Part shown: positions 50,625 to 64,000 of the stretch, piece after piece
Layout of the letters: each line of letters begins with the position of its first letter
Numbering within the stretch: the stretch's first letter is position 1
Assembly: GCF_006345805.1 (NCBI RefSeq)
Contig: NC_042998.1
Location: forward strand, 115,258,001 to 115,322,000
Direction of reading: 5' to 3'
DNA: 64,000 nt
Source: Octopus sinensis
Lineage: Eukaryota
Notes under the pieces: model-generated
The model's input: the letters and a program-made list of their open reading frames with translations, nothing else
Told to the model about the DNA's origin: nothing
Databases searched by the model: none
Translations under genes and position numbers: made by a program

Positions 50625-51522
50625 GCTTTGTTCTGAACGTGGTGTTCTCATACTTCTGTGCTGAGTTAGTTCGTCATTGGGGCATATTTCTTCTTTCATA
50701 TTAAGAAAAGTAGGAAAATATCCAAGTGTCGTAACAATCTTTCAAATCGATCAAAGTGTCGTAACAATTTTTCAAATCGATGAAAAGGTGTTTGCCTTCA
50801 TTTTGGAAAATAGTTTCGGTTAGTTCACGGGGGTTCTCGTAAATTTACGTGAATAAAACAATGAATCAATGAGTCGAAGGACGTTACTGTTGGGTGATAA
50901 CTTTTGGATGTTTGTCTCGCTCGGATTTGTCTTTTCGGCAAATTTTTTGTGTGGTAAATTTGTTTGCCTTATTTTGTTTTTGTTCTGGGCATGATGATTT
51001 CATACTTGTTTGCTGAGGTAGTCCGTCATTAGGGCATATTTCTTCTTTGTGTGGAGTTCGTGTGCAACGTGTGCTCACGTTTAGGAAAGGGGCTATCCTG
51101 GTGAAGTTACGTCGCAATTAAATATTTCACTCAAATATTTCAAAGAAGCGCTCCCATCTGCGACGGTAAAATGAACACACATAGCCCACAAACTCCACAC
51201 GAAGAAGAAATATGCCCTAATGACGAACTACATTACAGCACAAAATACAGCACACAAGTATGAGAACACCATGTCCAGAACAAAGCAGAATAATGCAAAC
51301 AAATTGACTGCACATAAAATTTAGCCAAAAGACAAATCCAAGCGAGACAAATATCCAAAAGATACCACCCTGGAGTAAAGTGCCTTTATTCATTGATTCA
51401 TTGCTTTATTCACGTGAATTTACGAGAACGTCCTTGAACTAAACGAGATTATTTTCCAAAACGAAGGCGAACACCTTTCTTCATGTCATCGGCTAACAAA
51501 ATTGTTAAGATATTTTCCTACT
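50625..51522. repeat. Diverged inverted repeat (~340-bp arms) plus a partial third copy
   Basis: 50709-51058 versus 51191-51522 in reverse complement; 50625-50698 repeats part of the left arm directly. Confidence 0.85.
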
Positions 51523-51649
51523 TCCTTTAACAAACGCATATGTACATCCATGGGTCTGTAGGTGTAAGCATATATCGGGTTTACGAAACAAACAGGAGCA
51601 ATCAAACCCAACTCGTGAACATGTATATTATTTATAGAAGCAGGCGTAG

Positions 51650-51828
51650 CTATAGGCCCAGGTGTGGGCATAGGTGCAGGCGCGGCTGTGTGGTAAGAAG
51701 CTTGCTTCCCAACTCCATGATTCCGTGTTTAGTTCCACTGCGTGGCACCATGGCCAAGGGTTTTCTACTATAGCCCCAGCCCAACCAAAACCGTGTGAGT
51801 GGATTTGGTATACGGAAACTGAACTGTC

Positions 51829-51869
<41 letters not shown>

Positions 51870-52430
51870 ATCCAAACAAGAAAGCACAAAAACACAACGA
51901 GAGGACGTGGAACAAATATAGTATTATTGGATGCTCAGGAAAGAAGGAAAGAAGGAAGGTTTAACGTTTCGAGCGGAGCTCTTCGTCGAAAACATAGGAG
52001 AAGGAAAGATCCAGAGAAGGGAAGACAGAGGAAAAAAAATCGCGAACGGTACACACGCAGTCACATTTTGAATGTATATAAATATATATATATCTTCACG
52101 AGTTGGGTTTGATTACTCCTGTTTGTTTCATATATATATATATGTATGTGTATATACACATATATGTGTGCGTGTGTCTATCTGTGCCTATACGCTCGCG
52201 CGCGCGCGCGTGTGTGTGTGTGCGTGTTTGTTCCCCATCAGTCACCGCTTGACAATCGGTGTTGGTGTGTTTAACTTAACGGTTCGGCACAGAAAAAATA
52301 AAGACCGATAAAATATGGAAAGAATAAGTACCAGGCTTAAAAATAAGCTCTGGGCTCGACTTGCTCGATTTAAGCCCTTCATAGTGGTGCTCCAGCATAG
52401 CCGTAGACTGAAACAAATAAAAGAATAGAA
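51650..52430 (+). mobile_element. SINE family A split by its internal (TA)n and a nested HHR element
   Basis: Head at 51650-51830, tail at about 52230-52430, insert at 51866-52065. Confidence 0.75.
51866..52065 (-). mobile_element. CCGACGA-family HHR element (motif 51959-51993)
   Basis: GTTT-TCGACGA-A-GAGC(TCC)GCTC-GAAA-CGT-T-AAAC; 3' end tttggattaac abuts (TA)n. Confidence 0.8.
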
Positions 52431-52719
52431 GAATAAAATAATTTATTGTTTTTTAATCGTCCAGCAAATTATAAATGTTACACGGGAGTTGAAATTTTTG
52501 CGCGGTCGCATATGTACACACACGCACATTGATACACTCTCTCTCTCTCACGCACACACACACATGTGTATATATGCTCACGTGCACACACACGCACTCA
52601 CGCATCCACACACAAAGAAACGTATGTCTGGTTATGGGACTGTGAGTCTGTCACTACGTCATTTGTTATTTTGAATTATATTCTTAACAGAACAAAACTT
52701 ATTGGTGGTAGGTATCTCT

Positions 52720-53009
52720 GTTTTAGTCATAGGACTTCGGCCATGCTGGGGCTCTGTCTTATCGGGTTTAGTCCAGCATATCTACCCCAATTTTTAAAGC
52801 TGATACTTCTCTGTCGATACGTTTTATCGAACAGCCAAGTTAAGAGTGCATAAATAGACTACTATAGGTTGGTCGGAGACAAATACATGCACACAATCAC
52901 ACATACACACGAACACACACACACGCTTATATGAGTGTGTGTGCGCGTATATATCTATCCGTTCATGCATGCATACATACATACATACATACATACATAC
53001 ATACATACA

Positions 53010-53040
<31 letters not shown>

Positions 53041-53230
53041 TTATATACATTATTCATGTATGTACACAATAAGCTTCTTTCAGTTTCCACCCAACAAATT
53101 CAAGTACTAGGCTTTAGTCGGTGCAGGGCCATAGTAGAAGACGCTTACCCATGTGCCACGCAATAACACGGAACTTGGAATCCTGTGGTGAGAAAGCAAA
53201 CATCTTACCACTCAGGCATGTCTGTGCGTA
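52720..53230 (-). mobile_element. SINE family A, degenerate, with expanded internal (TACA)n
   Basis: Tail at 52720-52860 and head at 53070-53230. Confidence 0.7.
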
Positions 53231-54418
53231 TATACAGCAATGAGTATGTGCTTATACACACACACACACACATACATTAATAAATTTAGATAAAGAAATA
53301 TTATTACTGCTACTAATGATAATAATAAGGTGGCTAGCAAGTTTTACACCTTTACAGGCAAAAAATAAGCTAAATGTAGATTCAGTAGCGTATTTAAATA
53401 CCACTTGCTATAATCAGAGCCATCGCTCTAAAACCACTAGTAACTCACTATTAATATACACATGGGCAATGCAAATAACATAGGGGAAACAGGCTTACCT
53501 TACGTGGAATACATAAGTAAGGAATGTATATTTCAATATAAATTGATTTCACTCTCTGTATGACAAACATACTCTGGGATTTTTTTAACATCTATTTCTG
53601 AAATATTCATCATATTACCTTGTTTGCGTTCTTTACTTTAAACCGCCCTGCGACATTTAAAACAAAACTATAGTGAGCCAGTATGAATTTGAATAAATAA
53701 GTATTGTGTGTGTGTGTGTGTTTATGTATATATATATATGTTATATTATATGTATGTAAGTATTTATGTATGTACGTAGGCGCAGGTGTGTCTGTGCTGT
53801 AAGAAGCTTGCTTCTCAACCACATGGCACAAGTTTCAGTCTCTTTTACTAAAGTCTCACGCTGGCCAAAGGCTTTTGAGTGAATTTAATAGTTCACGTAA
53901 ATGTATTCAAATCAAGTGATAGAGTCTTTGACAATGATAAGAAAAGGTTTGAGGTTTTTGTGTATCCTCTGTGATGTGTCAAAAAGTAGTTTACATAAAA
54001 ACATTCAGATCAGGTAATAAGATTTTTATAATGATAAGAAGAAAAAATTAGCTTACATGAATATATCTCGATCATTACTTGATCGAGATATATTAATTTA
54101 AACTTTTGACACCACAGCGGATACACAAAACCTCACACTTTACTTTTGAAAATGTTTTTAAATAAGTGTAAACGGTTAAGTTGATAAATAATTTTAAAAG
54201 ACTCCTGCATTTTCATTTTCTTTTCCTTATATTTTTACACGTACTGTTCTTCCCAGCTTGTATGTATGTATATATGTATGTATGTATGTATGTATGCATG
54301 TATGTATATATGTATGCATGTATGTATATATGTATGAATGTATATTTGTATGTATGTATATATGTATGTATGTATGTATGAATCTATATATATATATATA
54401 CATATAATTGTATATATA

Positions 54419-54461
<43 letters not shown>

Positions 54462-55526
54462 GTTGTATGTTTGTATACGTGTGTGTATGTGTGCTAGTGT
54501 GTGTTTTTTGTATGCATTTTCATAAAAATGCATTGGTATACTATGCATTGGTGATCTATGTGAGCGTACACGTAGAAACAAACACACACGCGCGCGCGCT
54601 CATACGCACACGCACACGAATGCAGGCACAAACATACACACACATACATACACGCACATATTTTATACACACGTATAACAACAGTTGCAAATTGTTCTTT
54701 GAAAAATATTTCTAGATATAATCTCTTCTTTTCACACTTGTATAAGGACCCTCCAACTCCTTCCCACGCTCCGTCTTTCTTTTCCCTCTCTCTCTCATTC
54801 TTACACACACGCACACAGACACACATACACACACACACACACACACACATACACACACAGGCGCACATACACAAGCTGACAGAAAACAGAAAGATAAATA
54901 TACAAAAATACCATAGCAAATTTATTTTGAATACCACCAACCCTAAGAATTGAAGAGCTTGATTTTGAATCATCGATCACAAAGGACGGAAATGGGGTAT
55001 AATAAAGCTGATAGGTTATCTATTGATATGAGCAGCGGTCCAGATTGACTATATTGTGCCTGCTATTCTAACAGATAAAAAGCAATTGATTTCTCGTGGC
55101 TCTCAAATGTTGGCGACCATTGCCGGAAGTTGAAGGAAATAGATGTTCCGGTGTACATTTTCTTTTTTCTCTTATTGTTTATTGACAGCGTATCATCAGC
55201 ATCATGATAACAATCACAACACCTACAAACACTATAAAACACCACTAACACCAAAGCCAATACTGCCACCAACAACTAGATCCTCATTATTATCGTCGTC
55301 ATCGTCGTCGTCATCTCTTGTCATTGCTTTTGCTATCGGTATTGTACTTCTCCTTCGTGCTATATCTTCATTAACACATCACAGCAGTTATTAATCATTG
55401 CGTTAGTTGCTGTATTCATTATCGCCGTTATAATAGTTATTACTAGAGTTCTCCTCATCATAATACTCATCATCATTAACATCTTAAACATGATCATATG
55501 TTCAATAACAACAATGACAACGTTAA

Positions 55527-55592
<66 letters not shown>

Positions 55593-55593
55593 C

Positions 55594-55624
<31 letters not shown>

Positions 55625-56106
55625 GTATTGAATTACATTTTGAATCACATATATTCATAACAATACCGAGACTTTTATACAGCTCCAAGCCTCCTGATTT
55701 CGGCAAGCAATGTTCGCCATATAAAGTGAAATTCAGAGATAGAACGCGCCCCCCCAACACACACACAGATACATACGTATGCATGTTTGTATGTATATGT
55801 GTATTTATGTATGTATAAGTGCAGACATGCATAGAGAAGAAAAACAAAGAAGTATAATGGAAATGTTAGTCATACACAATAAATAAGAATGGAAGAACCC
55901 GAAAAGAAATGAATATACGAAAAAATATTTAATTGTATGGCCTTCCCAGAAACATTTGTCAGTTTCGTTTCAATACACCGCACAGATGCTCATACTTTAG
56001 TTTAGATACTGAGTTATACTTCCACCCATACACACATATATAAATATATACATACATGCGTAAGACTATTCACATATATATATATATGAGTGTGTGTGTG
56101 TGTATG

Positions 56107-56157
<51 letters not shown>

Positions 56158-56286
56158 GTATATACATGTATATATATATACACATGTATATATATATATA
56201 TGTATATACATGTATATATATATACACATGTATATATATATATATACATACATATATATATATACACACACACAACACACACACAC

Positions 56287-56335
<49 letters not shown>

Positions 56336-56706
56336 TATATATATATTTATATATATTAGCACACGTAAATATGTAAGAATAAACATTGAAGCGGTCACAC
56401 ATGCAAACGTGTGAAGAACCAAAGACGTACATGCTTGAATTAAAAATATTTACATACTGTGTATATATATATATATTTATAACACACACACACACACACA
56501 CACATTGTACGGGTAAACTGGACTGGCAAACATATACACTTACACACCAAATTTAATAACCAAAATGTGTATACGCATGCGTGTCTGCGGGCGTCACTCT
56601 CAGTCTCTGTGTGTCTGTCTTTTTGTCTCTCTCTCTCTCGCTCTCACTCTCGCTCTCTCTATATATATATGTGTCTGTATATATGTGTCTATATATAAAT
56701 ATATAT

Positions 56707-56773
<67 letters not shown>

Positions 56774-56813
56774 ATACATACATATATATATACACACATA
56801 CATACATACATAC

Positions 56814-56856
<43 letters not shown>

Positions 56857-56868
56857 ATATATTATATA

Positions 56869-56913
<45 letters not shown>

Positions 56914-57127
56914 ATAAATATGCATATATATACATACAGAAGAACACTTGAGAGGTTACTTCCCTAATTGAACACACCTTCATACACAAGTGTTTATACT
57001 GACATACCTATCTACAAACGTATGTGCCTGTTAACTAGTATTTCATTTTCCTTTTTCTCTTGCATGTTTTTTCTCTCACTCTCTGTCTGGTAAAATGGTT
57101 ATCCATAAGTTTATATATGCATATCTA

Positions 57128-57244
<117 letters not shown>

Positions 57245-59084
57245 GGTTGTGTGTGTGTGTGTGTGTGAGTGTCTACGTATGTATATGTATATTCATATAT
57301 AGACAGCCACACATCCGTGTATATATATATGTATTCGAATATGTGACTATATACATATATGCATGTATATCTGTATATCTCTATTTATACGTACACACAT
57401 ATATGTACATCTGTATATATTTAATTTCATCTTTGAATCATGAATGCATTATAACTTAGTTTCCTTTATTCCTTTATTGTTCGATACCATACACAAATAC
57501 ACATGCATGTACACACATACGTTATGCATTTATACTGAATACATATATATATATATAAATATTTATAAATATATACATGCATGTGTATGTTGTCGTATCA
57601 CATCGTATTGTATTGGGAACAAAGTATTGAGAATTGAATAGATATTGTAAGGTTAACATATTTATCTATTTAGACATTTAAGTTGAACTTCTATTTCAAT
57701 GTATTCATTATACATACAATATAATATTATAGACAGGAAAGACGTGGCTACCTAGATAGTGTGAGAGACTGAGAGTCATATGGGGCATAGGGCCGAGAAA
57801 GACAGAGATAGTTGGAAGCGAGGAAGAATTGGAAATGTGCAAGAAATTTCATGAGAAAGAATATCATCTGATACAAAAATAAATAAAAATCGAATATTGA
57901 AATAAATTACCGTGTTCCTCGTATGATTGTATTATAGTGAAAGAATTTCCATTTGACATTCATAAAATTTTTTGAAGTCATCTTCAGGAGAATTGAAAGA
58001 TAAGAATTGCATAGACACTATTATAATGTTGTTGTTGTTGTTGTTTTGGTGTTTTTGGTGCTGAATATTAATGCTGCTGCTACTGTTGTCTTTGTTGTTA
58101 TTGTTGCACCTTTGCTCCAGGTCAACTCTGATTGAAAATCGTGAAAACCTATGATAATAACGTTTACTCAGGAACTTCTGGTCTTTTTGTTTTTCTTTCA
58201 GATATCTTATATCAAGGGCCACGTTATTCTATCTGTCAATCATTATTATTTGTATTTAGTCTTCGGTCAACCATAATCGAGTATTTCTAGACAGTATAGT
58301 ATTCCATTCATGACCATCTCTGTTTGTGTATAATTATTGTTTAATGTGTTCCAAGACAATAGCAATATAATTGGAATTTCTGCAGTTCTTTTTAGCATGT
58401 CGTACAGTTTTGATTGGTTTCCTTCATAACCTTGATAATCTCGTGCGTTTTTAAAATGGTGGGTCATGATTTGAAGGGTACTAAATGCTCATCTAGTTCG
58501 CTCAAGACAAATATAATTGTTACATAAAAGGAAAATATATATAGGCTTTCAGGTTCACTCTGGACCTGACTGATATTTTGCTACAATGTCCAGTTTAAAA
58601 ATTCCAAGAATTTGACTTAGTAAAAGACGTTAATGTATACTGGTAGGTTTCTACCGGAACTGGTAGGTTCTGAAAAGACAATAACGCGCAAGGTTATGGT
58701 CTAGGTAGAAGTTATGAACTTTACTCCTATTTCTGTCTTATTTTCATGGAATTTATTAATTGGCTTTAGTTTATGAAGAAATTTGACAGCCGGTTCAATG
58801 GAATTTTGTGAGCTATCTCCCTGTTATTTCCAGTATGTCATACGACAACCCAACGGTTTGCTTTTAGTTCGTTGTATGATTGTAATTTTATTGAAAGGGA
58901 ATGCAAGGGGAAAAGACAAATCCAGCCGGTTTGGATGAATACTGCGAGGGTATGAGGAGTCTCTGACTAGCGTCTACTCTGCCTGGGGAGAGGAGAATGT
59001 GAGCTATCATCAGTAATGTGTTATTAGTCGAGAAAATACTAGAAATACTGCCAGAAGAAAAATCTAACTAACTTTTATCTTTTA

Positions 59085-59495
59085 CTTTTCACTCATTTCA
59101 CTGCAGCCATGTTGGGACACCCACTTAAAATGTTTTAGTCGAATGAATTGCCCTTGTACTTATTTGTTTAAAGTCTGGAACTTATCCTATTGGGTCTTGT
59201 TGCCAAACTTCTAAGTGCCCGGAACATAAAAACCCAAGACTGACTGTCAAGCGATGGAGGGAGATAACGCAAAGGTAAACACATAGACATAAACACAAAC
59301 ATACTTATGTATGTATGCATGCATGTACGCACGGACGTATGTATGTATGTACGATGAAGTTCTTTCTGTTTCCGTCTTTGGTCGGCCCGATGCTATACTT
59401 GAAAGTACTTGTTCAAGATTCCATACAGTAGCACTGAACCCGAAACCACTGTTTCAGAAGAAAACTACTTGCCATAGATCCACACCTGTGCCGAT
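59085..59495 (-). mobile_element. SINE family A, degenerate
   Basis: catttcactgcagccatgttgg...ttagtcgaatgaattg...; head cacacctgtgcc. Confidence 0.65.
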
Positions 59496-60129
59496 CTACA
59501 CCTTCATGGAATATATTTCTAAAATATTAATTTCAGCTGAATGAACGAAAAATGAGATCGAAAGCTTCTATAAATGAACTAAGCAATCATCATATTTCGT
59601 CATAATAATGTTCGTCATTTTGTAAAAATGACAGAGCGATGGTTTTTGATTGAATGACTAGAACATGACACAAATAGGTAATGGGTCTTACATCTCTCTG
59701 ATATGGCTTTCAACGATATAATAATTGAATATGAATATGATAAGGAAAACCGAGTTACGCCGATATTCGAACTTCGGATCGGATGCTACTGAAAACAGAT
59801 ATTGCATAGTTGCAATTACATCGGTTCTCTACCAAGCAAATCAACGACGTCTATACTAATAATATCGCTAATTATATCGTCTAAATTATAATATCACTTG
59901 AAATTACACCTTTGAGTCAATCTAATCCAGTATAACGTGGGAGTTGATAACGCTACTTGAAGATGATATATTTAGATAATATTATATGTTTAAAATGCGT
60001 AAGGCGAAACATCTAAATTGAAGAAAGATTTGATCAAGAACGTCATGTTACTTACCTGCAACAACTAATGATACAGTCATTCTAAATTCTGTATTCTTTT
60101 TGTAATCTTGAACAAATTTTTATATTCAT

Positions 60130-60357
60130 AGATAATATATATATATGCACGCATTGATATGTATGTGTGCATGTATGTATGTATGTATGTATTATGTATG
60201 TATGTATGTATGTATGTATGTATGTATGTATGTATGTATGTATGTGGGTATACATACACAGTTATATATACACACATATATATCTGTATATGTGCATATA
60301 TATTCATAAATATATATACGCATACGTAAAAAATACATACATGCATATATATATATG

Positions 60358-60389
<32 letters not shown>

Positions 60390-60694
60390 TATATACATAT
60401 ATATACATGTATATATATGCATATATATACATGTATATATATATGTATATATATATAATATATATATATATATATGCACGCATTGATATGTATGTGTGCA
60501 TGTATGTATGTATGTGGGTATACATACACAGTTATATATACACACATATATATCTGTATATGTGCATATATATTCATAAATATATATACGCATACGTAAA
60601 AAATACATACATGCATATATATATATGTATATATATATATATCATACACACACACAGACAGATACACATGTATATATATGCATATATATACATG

Positions 60695-60754
<60 letters not shown>

Positions 60755-60802
60755 CATACACACCACACACAGACAGATACACATGTATATATATGCATAT
60801 AT

Positions 60803-60857
<55 letters not shown>

Positions 60858-60905
60858 ATATACATATATATATGCAATCATACACACACACAGACAGATA
60901 CACAT
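60130..60905. repeat. Microsatellite array with internal block duplications (~331-bp pair; triplicated cacagacagatacacatg unit)
   Basis: tatgcacgcattgatatg...cgtaaaaaatacatacatg occurs twice, near 60143 and 60474. Confidence 0.85.
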
Positions 60906-62084
60906 GCATTAGGTCCTGAGAAGATTTAATCAATGAGAAATAGATTACATGCTGTAGTTAATGTCTGATTCGGTAAAATACTTTATGTTTTACAATTTTC
61001 TCGAAATTACATTTGCAATCAGCTAATTTTAATCTCATTTCTTCAAATCTAAAAATCTCACCTATGAGGGTTTGCTACATAGTTTGTTAAATCAAGATTT
61101 TGATGTGATTCGAATTTCAATCATTCTTATAACCAATGAGAGAATGCAAGGATTTGTTTAACAAAATATCTGTAGAAAAATAATGATACGAAATATTGTT
61201 TATTAGAGACGAGTTTTGATGTGAATGCTTTTGTTATTGGACAACAGCTGCCATAGTCAGAACCGTCTGGTTTTTGATGATGGCCAATTAAATGTCGAGA
61301 AGTGGGAATAGAGTATAGATTTTTCACTTCCCACATAAGTTTTATATTTTGTTCCATAAAATCTCTTATTTTGATTAAACAAGCACGATGTTCTCTTTTT
61401 CTGCAGGAAAGAGGAAACAGAAAATCATCCCGTCGCCATTAATGGTGTTTAATTATAGATAATTCAACCGGTATTGTTTTCACCCCAATTATATGATCCA
61501 ATTTCTTATTGTTTTGAACAGCAGGATGTCATTTTTAGGATATTTTACTGTTATTTCTAGCCTGTAGACAGACTGTGGAAGCTATCACGTTGGTCCGAAC
61601 TAAAGTGAAATTATTTAAACTAGTGAAGAAGCAGTTCTTCACTAGACCCAGCATTCTTTTTTCATAGGATTTATTTGCTAAGGCAATGTACTAACTCCAA
61701 ACGATATCTCAAATAATCTACAACTAGTATCACCTGCTATTCACCTGGATCTGAACAAAGTAGCCCATACTGAGGGGATAAAAGAAAAGAAGAATTCCGC
61801 TAGTTTATCACTCCAGCAATCACGAAAAAAGAAAAAAAAGAAAGGACTTATTCAAACTCAGAGCACAATGAGCCGGAACAATTTTTGTAAGAAATGTACT
61901 GCAAATTCCCACTGAATATTATGCTAATCGACTGACTACACAGCAAACCTCTTTTCGTATATTTATTATTATTGAGAACTGGAATGCTATGGGAACACTA
62001 GACCACGGTCGAACAATGATGATGATGATGAAGGTTATGAATTCGTAAAACTAGAATATGTTAGTAATAAAAATGGTTTGAAAT

Positions 62085-62460
62085 TTTGGTACCAGGCCAG
62101 AACTTTTGCGGGCGGGGTAAGTCGATTACATCAACCTCAGAGATCAGCTTCTACTTATTTAATCTAATCTGAAAGGATGAAAAGCAAGGTGGTCCTCGGT
62201 GGAATTTGAACTTAGAAAGTAAAAGCAACGAAATGCCACTAAGCATTTTATGCGGCTTGCTAACGATCCTACTAGATCACCGCCTTATGTTAGCTGTAAT
62301 AATGGCTTCTAATTTTGACACAAGGCCTGCAATTTCGAGTGAGGGGTTTAAGTCGATGTACCGATGCCACTGCTCAAACGGTACTTATTTTGTTGACATC
62401 GAAAAGATAAAATGCAAAGCTGACTTCGGCAGAATTTGAACTTAGAACGGCTGAAATGCA
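62085..62460 (-). mobile_element. Two tandem SINE family D copies
   Basis: Same tandem layout as 6650-7105. Confidence 0.75.
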
Positions 62461-63239
62461 ACTAAACATACACGCACACACATACTCACATATACATAAG
62501 GAGAAAGGGTGAGAGGGGAGAGAGAGCGGTGAGGAGTTAGGAAGACAAACTAATTGAAAGACAGTGATATATGTAGTGTATGACAGATAGACAGAGAGAA
62601 AGACAGACATACAGATAGATAGACAAATAGATAGATAGATAGACAGAAAGATAGATAATACATACATACATACATACATACATACATACATACATACATA
62701 CATACATACATACATAAACTCACATACATACATACATACATACATACATACATAGGAATAGAAAAAAATCTCAGACAAGAAAGTTTTCAGAAAACATTCT
62801 CAGATTATTTGCACGTTTCCTCATGCTATTCTGTCAGTCACGTAACTAAAGACGATTTGCCAGTTGTCAAAGCAGGACCTTTTTGGCAGATATTCGCACC
62901 ACTTTGTGATATTGTAAAATTTAGCAATATTATATGACATTGCAAAGAAATAGAGAAGTGAAATTGTAATTTTTTTTTTTGTATTTTCCAACTTTTTGAT
63001 ATTTCCAAATATGTATTGGGCTAGATACCCTTTCTGATATTTATATATTTAAATTATTGCTTCTTCAAAATATTATTATGTGTCTAGCATACGATAATAG
63101 TATTGTGTTTATTTAATGTTTTATTAAGTAGAGCCGCTTACAAAATGTATTTCTGCTCGTCCTAATCTGACGTTGTAAGCGAAATCAATGCACGTCAATC
63201 GTGTTTCTTAGCTGGTCGTAAATTGACTCTTTGTTTAAA

Positions 63240-63450
63240 GCAGCGAGTTGGCAGAACCGTTAGCAAGTTGCACAAAATGCTTTGCGGTAGTTCCACACTT
63301 TATGTTCTGAGTTCAAATTCCAACGCGGTCGATTTTGTCGTTCATCCTTTCGAGTTCCATAAAATGGGTACCAGTTGAGCACTGAGATCGATGTAATCGT
63401 CTATCCTCAACCCATAAATAGTTGAGCTTGTACCAAAATTTGAAGCCACA
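63240..63450 (+). mobile_element. SINE family D
   Basis: gagttggcagaaccgttagc...gttctgagttcaaattcc...gggtaccagttgagcactg.gatcgatgtaatcg...ccaaaatttgaagcc. Confidence 0.85.
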
Positions 63451-63579
63451 TCTATAGAGACTAAACTGTACACAATCTGTGTAAATATACCAAAAAGTTT
63501 GGTAAATTTACTGACACAAACGCACACTAAAATGGAAACATATATACATGTACGTTAGTAAGGGCACACTGAAACAAAC

Positions 63580-63612
<33 letters not shown>

Positions 63613-63615
<3 letters not shown>

Positions 63616-63776
63616 AGAGTTTACGAAAAAAAACAACAAAAGACGAAGACAGGTGGTGCACAAAACAAACAGATGTATTAGTATAACGCTCAGGAATAGA
63701 AAAAAGTCTTTTACGTTTCGAGCCTACGCTCTTCTACAGAAAGGGACATAGAAAAAGACAAGGAGAGAAAAAAAGG
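63613..63776 (-). mobile_element. CUGUNGA-family HHR element (motif 63708-63743)
   Basis: CTTT-CTGTAGA-A-GAGC(GTAG)GCTC-GAAA-CGT-A-AAAG; 3' end aaactctccc abuts (TA)n. Confidence 0.82.
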
Positions 63777-63859
63777 TATATATATATACCTACTTAATAC
63801 ATTTACACATAAACATACTCGTACACACACACATATGCATGTATATACGTAAGTTAGGT

Positions 63860-64000
63860 AGCGAGCTGGCACAATCGGTAACACGCCGGGAACAATGCCT
63901 AGCAGCACTACGTACATCTTCGTGTTACTGGTTCAAATACCACAGGAGTCATCTTTACCTTTCATCCTTTCGGAGTCGATTAAATAAGTTGTTGGCGGCG
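63860..64000 (+). mobile_element. SINE family D, cut by the window end
   Basis: gcgagctggcacaatcggtaacacgccgg...gttcaaatacc...tttcatcctttcggagtcgattaaataag. Confidence 0.8.

Noticed and set aside
57935-57995. Minus-strand CTGAAGA-TGACTTCA...TGAATGTCA hairpin as a hammerhead
   Set aside because: Stem II is plausible, but there is no correctly placed GAAA, stem III or NUH.
57932-58467. Minus-strand ORFs of 96 and 66 aa and a strong plus-strand acceptor near 58201
   Set aside because: The ORFs are partly (CAA)n-derived, and no consistent exon structure or known motif was found.

Overview
AT-rich, microsatellite-saturated eukaryotic DNA. The repeat families, simple-repeat load and LINE clades point to a cephalopod, most likely Octopus (inference, no search run). 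I found no intact protein-coding gene, rRNA, true tRNA gene or CRISPR array. Most ORFs in the supplied track are translations of (TA)n, (CA)n, (TACA)n or (TAA)n repeats. Supported content: decayed LINEs of four clades (R4/Dong x2, Tx1/L1 x3, RTE x2, CR1 x1), a possible Gypsy pol relic, several tRNA-derived SINE families in many copies, and three MITE-like elements. The main unannotated signal is about 14 type I hammerhead-ribozyme (HHR) motifs in about 7 sequence families, carried by short non-coding elements that mostly abut (TA)n or (CA)n tracts. The motif is stem I - CUGANGA - stem II - GAAA - palindromic mini stem III - NUH - stem I, and stems I and II covary between families. The motifs occur as direct tandem units (594 nt at 19992-21001, 252 nt at 1319-1770) or as head-to-head fold-backs (33770-34295, 48967-49183, probably 19777-19898). 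This is the architecture expected of Penelope-like pseudo-LTRs or non-LTR retrozymes. All folds were paired by eye. Activity is untested, and I cannot say whether these families are already catalogued.
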